A stretch of 64,000 nucleotides of DNA, from positions 64,001-128,000 of the forward strand of contig CAXXOU010000002.1 of the NCBI GenBank assembly GCA_963677495.2, read 5' to 3'. Source of the stretch: Candidatus Cloacimonadales bacterium. Its GTDB lineage: Bacteria; Cloacimonadota; Cloacimonadia; Cloacimonadales; JAFGVF01. Positions 1 to 9,519 of the stretch are shown here, one piece after another. How positions within the stretch are numbered: position 1 is the stretch's first letter; each line of letters begins with the position of its first letter. The position numbers and the translations under genes are program-made. A model generated the notes under the pieces. The model was not told the DNA's origin. It made no database searches and worked only from the letters and a program-made list of their open reading frames with translations.

Positions 1-2028
1 GAAGAATATGATATACGCCCTGACTATATAACCGGTACTAGTATGGGAAGTATTGTAGGTGCATTATACAGTATAGGGTATAATGCTGAAGAACTTGAGA
101 ATATTGTTAAATCCCAAGATTGGGAATCTATTTTATTTGATGTTTTGCCTAGGACAAGTGTTTCCATGGAAGAGAAAGATGTTGATGCAAAATTTGCAGT
201 TACTTTCCCTATGGATGGGTTAAAGATAAAGCTTCCTTCTGGCATGGTTTCAGGACAGAATGTCACTCAATTACTAACACGACTGACATACGGCTATCAC
301 AATGTTAATGACTTTAATAATCTCCCCATTCCTTTTAAATGTATAGCAACCGATATTGAAAATGGAGAAGCTGTAATACTAGATAAAGGATATCTACCGG
401 AAGCAATAAGGGCTAGTATGTCCATCCCTTCTATGTTTACACCTGTTGAGCTGGATAGTCTTTTGCTTGTAGATGGTGGGCTTGTAAGAAACTTTCCTGT
501 TTCCGATTGCAAAGAAATGGGTGCTGATTTTGTGATTGGCATAGATGTAGGAACAGGTCTTCATAACAAGGAAAACCTTAAATCTATAATACAAATCATG
601 GAGCAATCGATAGGGTTGTATGGAGCTGAGAATAACAGAATAGAAAGAAACAAAACAGATCTTTTAATTATCCCTCCGGTTAAAGACTTTTCTATTACAG
701 ATTTTGAAAGAGCTGACTCATTGATTGCTATTGGAGAACGAGCAGCAAGATTAAAGATTGAAGAGATTAAAATTTTATCTAAGAGGCTTGGATTAAAACC
801 ACCGGTGGAGAAGTATTGTCCCTCAAAACGTATTAAGATTGTTGATATTAAGTATAATGGCCTAAATAAGGTATCAAAGAATCTTATTATTGGTAAGATG
901 CCATTAAGAGAGGGAAGAACTTATACTCTTGAACGTATTGATAGAGCAATAACCCAATTATATGGTACAAGGTATTTTCAAAGTATTAATTATAAACTCT
1001 ATGAAGAAGATAATGGGTTTATATTATTCATTGATGTTAATGAGAAAAGACTGAATCTCTTTAGAGCTGGTTTTCATTATGATAGTGATATGAATGCATC
1101 AATTCTTCTGAATACTACGTTCAGGAATGTTGTTGTTGAGGGCTCAAAAGTGACCATTGATTTTGAACTCGGAGAAAATAAGACTTTCCACTATTCTGAA
1201 TTTATTCATACAGGGCTACGTCCCGGCTTTGGTTTCAAAATTGATTTGCTCTATGATGAGTTTGATTACACCTTCAGAAACCCGGAGGGAGTAAAGCAAG
1301 CACAGTTTGGGATCGAGGATAGTTCAATTATTTTCTTCTTTGATACAATCTTCTCAGACAATTTCCTTGTTGGCACCTCTCTCCAGTTTTTAAGAAACGA
1401 GTTAATAGGAGAAATAATTCCTGTAGAATGGGGGAATTTAGATGATACGAACTGGTGGATGAGGTCAGCTGTTTACGCAAAGATAGACAAAAGAAACAAA
1501 TCGCATTATCCAACAAAGGGGCTTTATGCTTATTGTGAATATAAATGGTTTAATTGTCTATCTGATATTGAATACTATGATAAGTATTTTGCACGTTTCT
1601 ACTTCTCAGCAGAGAAGATTTTCCCTATTAATAAGAGTGTTGCATTTGCTGTTGGTGGATTTGCCGGGAGCACAAATAGTACGCAACTACAGGGACAGGA
1701 TACATTCTATCTCGGTGGTTATGTTGATAAAGATAATGGCAGACCTTTTACAGGGTATTTTTTTGGAGAAGTTCTTGCAGAAGAGACCTATATACTGCGT
1801 GGACGTGTTCAAGTTGAACCATGGCGTAACATTTTCCTAATCGCTAGGTGGGATTCCGGACGTGTTATTAGAGACTTGTTGGAATTTGGGGCTGACGATT
1901 TTTGGACTCATGGTTATGGCATTAGTTTTGCTTACAAAACTCCTATCGGGCCAATAGAATACACAATAATGGCAAATGATAGAGATGACGATACTCGAAG
2001 CTATATAAATATTGGTTATAATTTCTAA
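1..2028 (+). CDS. Patatin-like phospholipase fused to POTRA and Omp85-like beta-barrel (PlpD/type Vd-like); 5' end lies upstream of the window
   Basis: Frame is open from base 1 (EEYDIRPDYITGTSMG) with the patatin GxSxG motif and DGG motif (LVDGG); POTRA-like middle region; barrel ends in YINIGYNF. Confidence 0.85.
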   Translation, partial: EEYDIRPDYITGTSMGSIVGALYSIGYNAEELENIVKSQDWESILFDVLPRTSVSMEEKDVDAKFAVTFPMDGLKIKLPSGMVSGQNVTQLLTRLTYGYHNVNDFNNLPIPFKCIATDIENGEAVILDKGYLPEAIRASMSIPSMFTPVELDSLLLVDGGLVRNFPVSDCKEMGADFVIGIDVGTGLHNKENLKSIIQIMEQSIGLYGAENNRIERNKTDLLIIPPVKDFSITDFERADSLIAIGERAARLKIEEIKILSKRLGLKPPVEKYCPSKRIKIVDIKYNGLNKVSKNLIIGKMPLREGRTYTLERIDRAITQLYGTRYFQSINYKLYEEDNGFILFIDVNEKRLNLFRAGFHYDSDMNASILLNTTFRNVVVEGSKVTIDFELGENKTFHYSEFIHTGLRPGFGFKIDLLYDEFDYTFRNPEGVKQAQFGIEDSSIIFFFDTIFSDNFLVGTSLQFLRNELIGEIIPVEWGNLDDTNWWMRSAVYAKIDKRNKSHYPTKGLYAYCEYKWFNCLSDIEYYDKYFARFYFSAEKIFPINKSVAFAVGGFAGSTNSTQLQGQDTFYLGGYVDKDNGRPFTGYFFGEVLAEETYILRGRVQVEPWRNIFLIARWDSGRVIRDLLEFGADDFWTHGYGISFAYKTPIGPIEYTIMANDRDDDTRSYINIGYNF

Positions 2029-2178
2029 GTAACTATGGGCTCAACAGTTTGCTACTGGTTGTTTTGTCCGGTACCTTCTTACTTGCCTTTAAATAGCAAA
2101 GTCTGATAGTCTATAGCTGATAAGAGAAGCTCTTGAAATCTGAAAATATAAGAATTTATAAGATGCATTACACATTCT

Positions 2179-2320
2179 ATTGCTCTTTTTAAACATACGG
2201 GACACACGCGGGAATCTCCCGGGACTCTCACGGGAATCACACGGGGCTTTGCCCGAGAAACTCCCGGTTTATTCGCGACTATGTCCCAAATTAATCCCGA
2301 GGGTTGAAAGTCAGAGCAAT
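2179..2320. repeat. Phased palindromic cassette, family A (CGGG/CCCG)
   Basis: ATTGCTCT...AGAGCAAT ends; CGGG at 2198, 2209, 2220, 2231, 2242; centre CGGGGCTTTGCCCG; CCCG-like at 2252, 2263, 2274, 2285, 2296. Confidence 0.9.
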
Positions 2321-2368
2321 TGCTGGTAACAGTGATTTAATCTTTGCTCATACTACTACGCTCCTTCT

Positions 2369-2504
2369 TCTCTCAGCAGTAATAATTAATGATTTGCTAG
2401 TGATTTCTTAGTAATAACTTACCCATTTCTTGGAAGTTAGGCCAAGGGTTGACCAAGTGTTTGCCAAGGATTAACCAAGTGTTTATCAAGAGTTACTGCA
2501 GAGA
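2369..2504. repeat. Phased palindromic cassette, family B (CTTGG/CCAAG)
   Basis: TCTCAGCAGTAA...TTACTGCAGAGA ends; (C/T)CAAG at 2442, 2453, 2464, 2475, 2486; degenerate CTT(G/A) left arm at 2407, 2418, 2429. Confidence 0.85.
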
Positions 2505-2531
2505 AAAGGGGGAGAAGTGCGTGTAATATAA

Positions 2532-2555
2532 AAGGACACAAACAAATGTGTCCTT
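2532..2555 (-). terminator. Probable intrinsic terminator of the Eis-like gene
   Basis: AAGGACACA-loop-TGTGTCCTT stem with an adjacent A-run. Confidence 0.55.
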
Positions 2556-2592
2556 GTGATTTAAGATTCGTTAACTGTTTGTATGATTACTA

Positions 2593-3810
2593 TTAAAAGT
2601 CCCAATCATAATGAGGTTGAGGTAGATTAATTGCATAATCAAGTTTCTCTAGTAACTCTTTAGGAGCTTCTAAATCATCAGAAACACTCAATTGAGTAGC
2701 TTTTAACGCACCACTCCATAATCTTGTGAAAGCATTTATTGTAGCTTTCATTGTTGGAAGCCCATCGGTGAAACCTTCTTTGAGATGTGATTTCCCACTT
2801 AAGTCAATTGTATACTCTCCACCAACACCTCTCCAGGCAATCTCTTCTGGAATATATTTTGAGATTGGATCACTCAATTCAAGGTTAAAATTAACTGGCT
2901 TTACGGTTTTCATTACTGAAACACATCTCTCTAAATTCACAATTCTAAGTTGAGACCAACATGAAGCTCTACTGAAGTTTTGGAATTTAGAACCATGAGT
3001 AATACGATTATAGGTAAAAGGCTTCTTCAAGAAATCCTGAAACTGGATTCCGGGTGGTTCCACTATGCGAACTATGTTTATCTGGTCACCGAAGCTCTTA
3101 ATAAGTGCTAAAAGATCAAGGAGTTGCTCATATGTCTGATAGATTAAATAGGTTGTATATGGACCATGTTCGCGACCTCGTCCATAAATCCAGATTAGAT
3201 GAGTTAACATGCCATTATCATCCCTGAAACCATAACCTTGATAGTTTTCATTGTCCTGCAAATCGGCTTTTGTTGCAACTTCACTTAGATAAGCATTACC
3301 ATGCATTTGGAGACGATTAATTCTTAATTCATGGATTTCTGTTGCATGAGAAAGGTCTAAACGCACCGGTACAGGAATCTCTCTCTCAAGTTTCAGGTTT
3401 GATGGTGAGAACCAAATCATATGCTCATAAGGATTGTTGCCAAAGCCAAGTTGGTTGTAATAACCTTGTTCAAAGAAGCCAAGTCCTGAAACATCAGCAC
3501 CATCAAGTGCATCAAGAGCAACCTTTGATGCTGTTAACCTAGAAGCCAGCCTCTGTTTTCTAGCAACAATACCGGTACCAACTCCGGCAACAGCTGAGAG
3601 ATTAAGCCTAGTGCCATTATAGTTGTATCCCCCTAGTATGGAGGTAACGAAACATTCAACAGAACCATTAAGCTCTGAAACGATAGTCCTGCTCTGTGGA
3701 ATGCATTCGTTTAGCCAGAAGTTTTCTTTCTTAGAAACCCAGCCAATTTCATTAGCAATCCTAAACATTGCTTCTTTGTCTGTCTCATGATTATAATTTC
3801 TATAACGCAT
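2593..3810 (-). CDS. Eis-like GNAT acetyltransferase with C-terminal SCP2-like domain
   Basis: GNAT motif A region (VAGVGTGIVARKQRLA...YYNQLGF); about 405 aa ending in DWDF; start reassigned to MRYRNY after an AGGAGG RBS. Confidence 0.7.
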   Translation of the reverse strand: MRYRNYNHETDKEAMFRIANEIGWVSKKENFWLNECIPQSRTIVSELNGSVECFVTSILGGYNYNGTRLNLSAVAGVGTGIVARKQRLASRLTASKVALDALDGADVSGLGFFEQGYYNQLGFGNNPYEHMIWFSPSNLKLEREIPVPVRLDLSHATEIHELRINRLQMHGNAYLSEVATKADLQDNENYQGYGFRDDNGMLTHLIWIYGRGREHGPYTTYLIYQTYEQLLDLLALIKSFGDQINIVRIVEPPGIQFQDFLKKPFTYNRITHGSKFQNFSRASCWSQLRIVNLERCVSVMKTVKPVNFNLELSDPISKYIPEEIAWRGVGGEYTIDLSGKSHLKEGFTDGLPTMKATINAFTRLWSGALKATQLSVSDDLEAPKELLEKLDYAINLPQPHYDWDF

Positions 3811-3945
3811 AAATCCTCCTGTGACAAAAAGTGTAGATACAACATTATAAGTCAAGAAGATAATGAAATGAGATGGTGTTGAAGATAAATAAGTGAAGAA
3901 GAAAAAGCAGAATGCATTCAAATGCAATCTGCTTTAAAACATATA

Positions 3946-4022
3946 TGGAGCTAAAGATGGGATTCGAACCCACGACCTATTGATTACGAATCAAGTGCTC
4001 TACCGGACTGAGCTACTTTAGC
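3946..4022 (-). tRNA. tRNA-Thr(CGT)
   Basis: Reverse complement GCTAAAG...TTCGTAA anticodon loop...TTCGAAT...CTTTAGCTCCA cloverleaf. Confidence 0.93.
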
Positions 4023-4725
4023 GGTTCATTCCTTTAAATACTGAGTTTATGTGTGGTTCGTTAATTGTCAGGTTGTAAACCCTGAAGAATTCATCTTTAT
4101 CGGGAGTTTGAATTTCATTCTTCCAAGTTAAATTATAACTTTGCGGTAATATCCAGTTGAGTTTAACCACCTCTTTCTTACTAATATTGGTAGGATACCA
4201 GTAATCAAGGGCATTGAAAGTGAATTCACTCTTAGAGTCATTGTAAATATCAGTTTGTGGTTGTGAATAAAGGGAATAATGAATAATGAATTGAAGCTCT
4301 TCCTCTTCCTTCATGTCATCAGTTAAGTGTACCTGAAAAATATTGGCATTCTCTTTAATATGATCCACAATTTTAACAGGAACATAATCAGGAAAATCAC
4401 CGTTAAGATAACGATCGACAATGAATACATCTTTACGTTGTTTATTCACAGCGACAGTATTCAAAACGATATCCCTTTGCATGATGAAACAAACAATAGG
4501 CCAATCTTTAACGTCTTCAGTTTTAATTGTAAAAACGTCCTTCATGTTGAGTACATCAACATCAGCTTGATATTTTATGCAAATATCATGTTCGTCAACA
4601 GGCATAAGTTTAATGGGAAAAACTCTCTTCTTTGGAGTTTTATCCTTTGCTTTTCCACAACCATTAAAAAAAAGACTCCCGACAACAATAACGAATAGTA
4701 ACACGAGTTTAGTAATAATTCTCAT
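4018..4725 (-). CDS. Hypothetical lipoprotein
   Basis: Signal peptide with lipobox-like FNGC; 235 aa. Confidence 0.65.
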   Translation of the reverse strand: MRIITKLVLLFVIVVGSLFFNGCGKAKDKTPKKRVFPIKLMPVDEHDICIKYQADVDVLNMKDVFTIKTEDVKDWPIVCFIMQRDIVLNTVAVNKQRKDVFIVDRYLNGDFPDYVPVKIVDHIKENANIFQVHLTDDMKEEEELQFIIHYSLYSQPQTDIYNDSKSEFTFNALDYWYPTNISKKEVVKLNWILPQSYNLTWKNEIQTPDKDEFFRVYNLTINEPHINSVFKGMNR

Positions 4726-4778
4726 GCAGTTAAATACACGTGAGAATGTTATGGCGTCAAGAGAAAAGTTCGTAATTG

Positions 4779-5798
4779 TTAAATATTTCTTACACCTTTA
4801 GTAGAAAAGGCATTTGCGGTCAATGTAGAATATTCTCCATTTCTATACTTTCTAATAGCAGCAGCACCTATCATTGCTGCATTATCCATACACAGTTTAA
4901 GTGGTGGATATGCAAGCTTAATGTGGTATTTAGAAGATTCTTTAAGCATTTTAGCTCTAAGATCGGAGTTTGCAGAGACTCCTCCGGCTAAAACAATCTG
5001 TTTAGCATTGGCTTTTCTCGCATAAGATATGGTCTTTTTCACCATTATATCATTGATTGCTGCCTGTAATGAAGCTGCAATATTGGCTTTGTTCTCTTCA
5101 AGAAATGGATCTGATTTATCTCGGACATAAGTCATAATTGCAGTTTTTAATCCACTAAAACTAAAATCATAGTTATCCTTTCTATTGAGTGCACGAGGGA
5201 AATGATGGAACTTAGGGTCGCCCTCTTTAGCAAGTTTATCAATAATTGGGCCACCGGGATAACCGAGTTCAAAGAGCTTTGCTGTCTTGTCATAAGCTTC
5301 TCCGGCTGCATCGTCGAGAGTTCGTCCAATCACATCAAATTGTTCCCATGTTTTGAAATGAACCAGCTCTGTATGTCCACCGGAAACAACTAAGGCAACA
5401 AAAGGTGGATTTAAATCCGGATTCTCGATTAGGTTTGCATAGATATGACCAACCATGTGATTCACTGTAATCAATGGGAGATCTCTACTCCAGGCTAGGC
5501 CTTTCGCAAACGACAAGCCCACTAGAAGTGAACCAATTAGCCCTGGATTAACTGATACAGCTACAGCATCAATGTCACTTAATTCTCTTTGTGCCTTATC
5601 CAAAGCATGGTGAGTTAGGCTGACAATATTTTTTAAATGTAATCTTGAGGCAATTTCAGGGACAACTCCCCCAAACTCCTCATGCTTGGTTTGGGATGAA
5701 ATAAGGTTTGATAGTACCTTATAATCCTGATCTATTACTGCAACCGATGTGTCGTCGCATGAAGTTTCAAACGCTAATATAGTAAATTTATCTTTCAA
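4779..5798 (-). CDS. tsaD: tRNA N6-adenosine threonylcarbamoyltransferase TsaD
   Basis: ETSCDDT, GGVVPE, HxxGH, SGGHT, DDAAGEAYDK, FSFSGLKT, DNAAMI motifs. Confidence 0.97.
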   Translation of the reverse strand: MKDKFTILAFETSCDDTSVAVIDQDYKVLSNLISSQTKHEEFGGVVPEIASRLHLKNIVSLTHHALDKAQRELSDIDAVAVSVNPGLIGSLLVGLSFAKGLAWSRDLPLITVNHMVGHIYANLIENPDLNPPFVALVVSGGHTELVHFKTWEQFDVIGRTLDDAAGEAYDKTAKLFELGYPGGPIIDKLAKEGDPKFHHFPRALNRKDNYDFSFSGLKTAIMTYVRDKSDPFLEENKANIAASLQAAINDIMVKKTISYARKANAKQIVLAGGVSANSDLRAKMLKESSKYHIKLAYPPLKLCMDNAAMIGAAAIRKYRNGEYSTLTANAFSTKGVRNI

Positions 5799-6669
5799 TT
5801 ATCTGTACCTTTTCCGGACTGAATTCAAGTAGCATAAGTTCGGGAGGTAGTATAATGTCAAGTTTTCTTGTGCTTGTAGATTTATCTGAGCTGTCAGGCT
5901 TAACGATTATTGAGCTAACAGATAGAGTGTCCAGCTGTTGCTTAGGTCCGACCAATCTGATTGAAGCCCACTTCGGAATGGATTGTTCTCCTGAATCAAC
6001 TTTTACCGGAACCAAAGAGAATGTTTTAGAAACGATATCCTTCTCTGGTTTCAATATTGTTATGTCATGGTTTGTGATTAGCACGTTTTCATGTGGTGGC
6101 AATATAGCAACAGTAACATCATTACTTACAAGATTCTCTTTTGTAATGCTCTCAGTTTCAAGAAACTCTAATCTATCTAAAACCGATTCAGCTCCTGTTG
6201 CCTCAATAAGTTTGGGATTGTAATTATAGCCTGTCTCAATATATCTTTTCTTAACTTCATCATTGAGAAAATTTAGTTTGATCGGAATACTGCGACTAAC
6301 AAGAAGATCAGTCTCAATATAGAAATCTTTTTGTAGCGTTGGTTCAAACTTAAGGGATTTGAATCTAGATGGATGCATCACTTCAAAAGATTGCCATGGA
6401 ATAGAGCTATCTTCTACATTTATATCCCCCATATCTACTCTAATATAAATGTTTGCATTTTTTACAAGTATCAAATCAAAAACTTTTCCCTGGATAGAAT
6501 ATTTTATGCTTCTTTGAACTAAACGAGGTAATGACATACCGGCCGGAATATTCTCAACCTTTACCGGTATCTCTATAGAGATGCTATCAATCTGTGAAAA
6601 ACGGAATACAACCCAGAACATTGTTGCAATCAGAATCGATAGAACAAAGAGTAGCTGAGGTCTTCTCAT
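5788..6669 (-). CDS. YbbR/CdaR-like membrane-anchored protein
   Basis: Single N-terminal TM helix followed by repeated YbbR-like beta domains (IPVKVENIP...; VPVKV...P..V). Confidence 0.6.
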   Translation of the reverse strand: MRRPQLLFVLSILIATMFWVVFRFSQIDSISIEIPVKVENIPAGMSLPRLVQRSIKYSIQGKVFDLILVKNANIYIRVDMGDINVEDSSIPWQSFEVMHPSRFKSLKFEPTLQKDFYIETDLLVSRSIPIKLNFLNDEVKKRYIETGYNYNPKLIEATGAESVLDRLEFLETESITKENLVSNDVTVAILPPHENVLITNHDITILKPEKDIVSKTFSLVPVKVDSGEQSIPKWASIRLVGPKQQLDTLSVSSIIVKPDSSDKSTSTRKLDIILPPELMLLEFSPEKVQIIER

Positions 6670-6670
6670 A

Positions 6671-8077
6671 CTATCCTTTTAGGCTAATTCCTAGCCTTCT
6701 TAGCTTCTTATATAGAGTAGAGTAATCTAACTCCATAAGTTCTGCTGCTTTAACAACATTCCAGTTAGTCTTGTTAAGAATATTTTTAATGAAATCAGTT
6801 TCAAAAGTTTCTATAGCACGTCTGAAGTTAGTCTCATGAAAATATTGATGCGTACTATTCTTAGGATACTTCTTGTAGCTTTCTTTCTTTCTATTCAGAT
6901 ACTCTATTATTGTACTATTTGAGATTCTTTTCTCGCGAATCATAATATGTTTACAGAAATTAAATAACTCTCTAATATTACCATCCCAGGTATATGTCAA
7001 AAGTTCAGGAAGGATATCCATCTGGTTATCGACAACATGGGATGAATACTTAGGAGAATGAGTTTCAAAGAATGTATCCATAAGGAGGACAATATCTGAT
7101 TCACGTTCTCGTAGTGGAGGAAGAGTAAGAATGTTTGCTTCAACTCGGTAAAAAAGGTCTTTCCTAAACTTTCCTTTAGATACTAGTTCTAGTAAGTCAT
7201 CATTAGTTGCCATGACTAATCTTGTGTCTACCTCTTTCTCGCCACCACCGATAACTTGAATCTTTCTATATTCTATTGCTCTTAATAGTTTTGTTTGTGC
7301 AAGGGGATTTAAAGTAGCAACCTCATCAAGGAAAAGTATACCGCCATTGGCTTTTTCAAAGATTCCAGGTTTATATGAATCCGCTCCGGTAAATGCTCCC
7401 TTTTCATACCCAAATAGTTCTGATTCAATGAGAGTGTCAGGTATTGCACTTGAATTCATTACTTCAAAAGCATTTCCAGTTCGAGGGGAATATCTGCTGT
7501 AGAACTGAGCAGCAATCTCTTTACCGGTTCCTGTCTCACCTACAAGTATAACATCTTCGTCTGCTCTGGCATATCGTTTAATATCTTCTCTAAGTTTTTT
7601 AATCGCAGAACAATCACCTACAAAGTAAGCATTAGGATCATATTTTGATTTCAGACTTCGATTCTCAAGCTGAAGCTTATACGCCTTTTCTTCTTGATGC
7701 TTAAGAGTTACTGCATTGTCAATGCTCAGGAGAAGTTGGTGAAGTTTAAAATTTACTCCCTTCTCAACATAATTGAAAATACCAAGATTTCTAACTCTAT
7801 TTACTTGCTCTTTATTGCTCATGGATGAGAGGACAATTATTTTCGGTTTCTCTTCATCTCTTTCGTATAAGTTTTCCAATATTTCCAAACCATCAAGTGG
7901 GCTTTCTTCTAAGAAGATATCCATCAGAATTACGTCCGGTTTGAAACTATTATATATTTTAAAGAAATCGACACTGTTAAATGCACATTCTACTTCGTAG
8001 TTGTTCTTTAAAAGAACCTTTTTTAACTGTCTTGAAAGTATTAAATCATCTTCAACAACTAATATATTTGCTTTCAC
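6671..8077 (-). CDS. Sigma-54-dependent NtrC-family response regulator
   Basis: Receiver domain (ILVVEDD, ILMDI), GETGTGKE, ESELFGYEKGAFTGA, LFLDE, GNIREL, Fis-type HTH; GTG start after GGGGAG. Confidence 0.93.
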   Translation of the reverse strand: MKANILVVEDDLILSRQLKKVLLKNNYEVECAFNSVDFFKIYNSFKPDVILMDIFLEESPLDGLEILENLYERDEEKPKIIVLSSMSNKEQVNRVRNLGIFNYVEKGVNFKLHQLLLSIDNAVTLKHQEEKAYKLQLENRSLKSKYDPNAYFVGDCSAIKKLREDIKRYARADEDVILVGETGTGKEIAAQFYSRYSPRTGNAFEVMNSSAIPDTLIESELFGYEKGAFTGADSYKPGIFEKANGGILFLDEVATLNPLAQTKLLRAIEYRKIQVIGGGEKEVDTRLVMATNDDLLELVSKGKFRKDLFYRVEANILTLPPLRERESDIVLLMDTFFETHSPKYSSHVVDNQMDILPELLTYTWDGNIRELFNFCKHIMIREKRISNSTIIEYLNRKKESYKKYPKNSTHQYFHETNFRRAIETFETDFIKNILNKTNWNVVKAAELMELDYSTLYKKLRRLGISLKG

Positions 8078-8276
8078 GTCTAAAAAACTCCCCTGATGTT
8101 TTGAACAAAATTTGACATTTTTCCAAAAATAGTCAAGTCGTTTCTTTTTTACTTGTAAATGCAATAGTAAGTGAAAGTTCACATATCAGGGAAAAGCTCT
8201 TCTGATTTTTGGTTTAAATTAGCTTAGTTATTTAGAATAATCCCGGTTCGTTGATTTACTCCAAAGAGTTAGATAA

Positions 8277-8357
8277 CCACGGCTCAACCACGGGCAATCC
8301 ACGCCCAAACGCCGGAAGCCGTGGTCAACCCGTGGTTTACCCGTGGTCAACCCGTGG
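8277..8357. repeat. Phased palindromic cassette, family C (CCACG/CGTGG)
   Basis: CCACG at 8277, 8288, 8299; CGTGG at 8320, 8331, 8342, 8353; no clear terminal inverted repeat. Confidence 0.85.
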
Positions 8358-8613
8358 AAAAGTATGCCACTTCTGTAAGGAAAGAAGAAAGCATGGACAG
8401 AAGATAAATTGAAGTCACAATGCTTGGGATTTTGCTCGTGAAGAAAAATAGATTTTGACTGGTATAATAGGAATATTATCCATTATAGTTTTGACTTTTA
8501 TCCAAGCCATGCTTTATTTAGCAATGAGTTAAACTAAGTTGTGAATTAGAAAAAACTTGCATTTATCTAAATAGGTTATAGAAATTGAAAAACATGTGAA
8601 AAGAGGGGTATAT

Positions 8614-9519
8614 ATGAGTATTCTCAGAGTTGAAAATATCTCAAAACGGTTTGATAAGACTGTTGCAGTTGACAACATATCTTTCCAGATTGAGAAGGGG
8701 AAAGTTTACGGTATCTTAGGGCCCAATGGTGCCGGGAAAACTACTACAATTAGAATGATTATGAACATCATTATTCCTGATTCAGGTGAGATTGAAGTTC
8801 TTGGTGAAAAGAATCTCAAGAGAATAAACAGTAAAATAGGTTACTTACCAGAAGAGCGTGGTATCTATAGAAAGATGAAGGTTAATGATGTGCTTAAATT
8901 TTTAGCAGAGCTTAAAGAGATGAAAGGGAAGAGTGCTCAGTCAGAAATAGATAAGTGGCTTGAGAAACTGGATCTTACTAAATGGAAGAAATCAAAGGTT
9001 GAGGAACTCTCAAAAGGTATGCAACAGAAGCTTCAGTTTATAGCTACAGTTATGCCACAACCTGATATCCTGATACTTGATGAACCTTTTCTCGGACTTG
9101 ATCCAATTAACACCCAATTGATTAAAGATATTATCATGGAAGAGAAAGAACGTGGCACCACAATAATTTTCTCAACTCATCAAATGGAAAGTGCCGAAAA
9201 ACTTTGTGATGAGATTATGCTCATCAATAAGGGTAAGAAGATACTAGATGGTCCTGTACCGGAAGTGAAGAAACAGTTTGGGCGTAAGTGTGTTCAGATA
9301 TCATATACCGGTGATAATAGCTTTCTAAAAAGCTTTGAAGGCATAAAAAGTTATAATGATTTTGGGAACTATGTTGAAGTTGATCTTAAAGCTGAAACTA
9401 ACCCACAGGACTTATTGAAAGAGATAGTAGACAAAATCTCAATTAGTCGTTTTGAGATAATGGAACCATCATTACATGACATATTTATCAAGTCTGTGAA
9501 AGGGGAGGATAAATCATGA
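8614..9519 (+). CDS. ABC-2 type exporter ATP-binding subunit (YhaQ/NatA-like)
   Basis: GPNGAGKT, LSKGMQQK, ILDEP, STH; C-terminal EPSLHDIF. Confidence 0.92.
   Translation: MSILRVENISKRFDKTVAVDNISFQIEKGKVYGILGPNGAGKTTTIRMIMNIIIPDSGEIEVLGEKNLKRINSKIGYLPEERGIYRKMKVNDVLKFLAELKEMKGKSAQSEIDKWLEKLDLTKWKKSKVEELSKGMQQKLQFIATVMPQPDILILDEPFLGLDPINTQLIKDIIMEEKERGTTIIFSTHQMESAEKLCDEIMLINKGKKILDGPVPEVKKQFGRKCVQISYTGDNSFLKSFEGIKSYNDFGNYVEVDLKAETNPQDLLKEIVDKISISRFEIMEPSLHDIFIKSVKGEDKS

Noticed and set aside
3811..3927. N-terminal extensions given by the ORF track (3927, 8182, 11651, 28948, 48304)
   Set aside because: They overlap promoters, terminators or upstream genes; downstream starts have better RBS and domain boundaries
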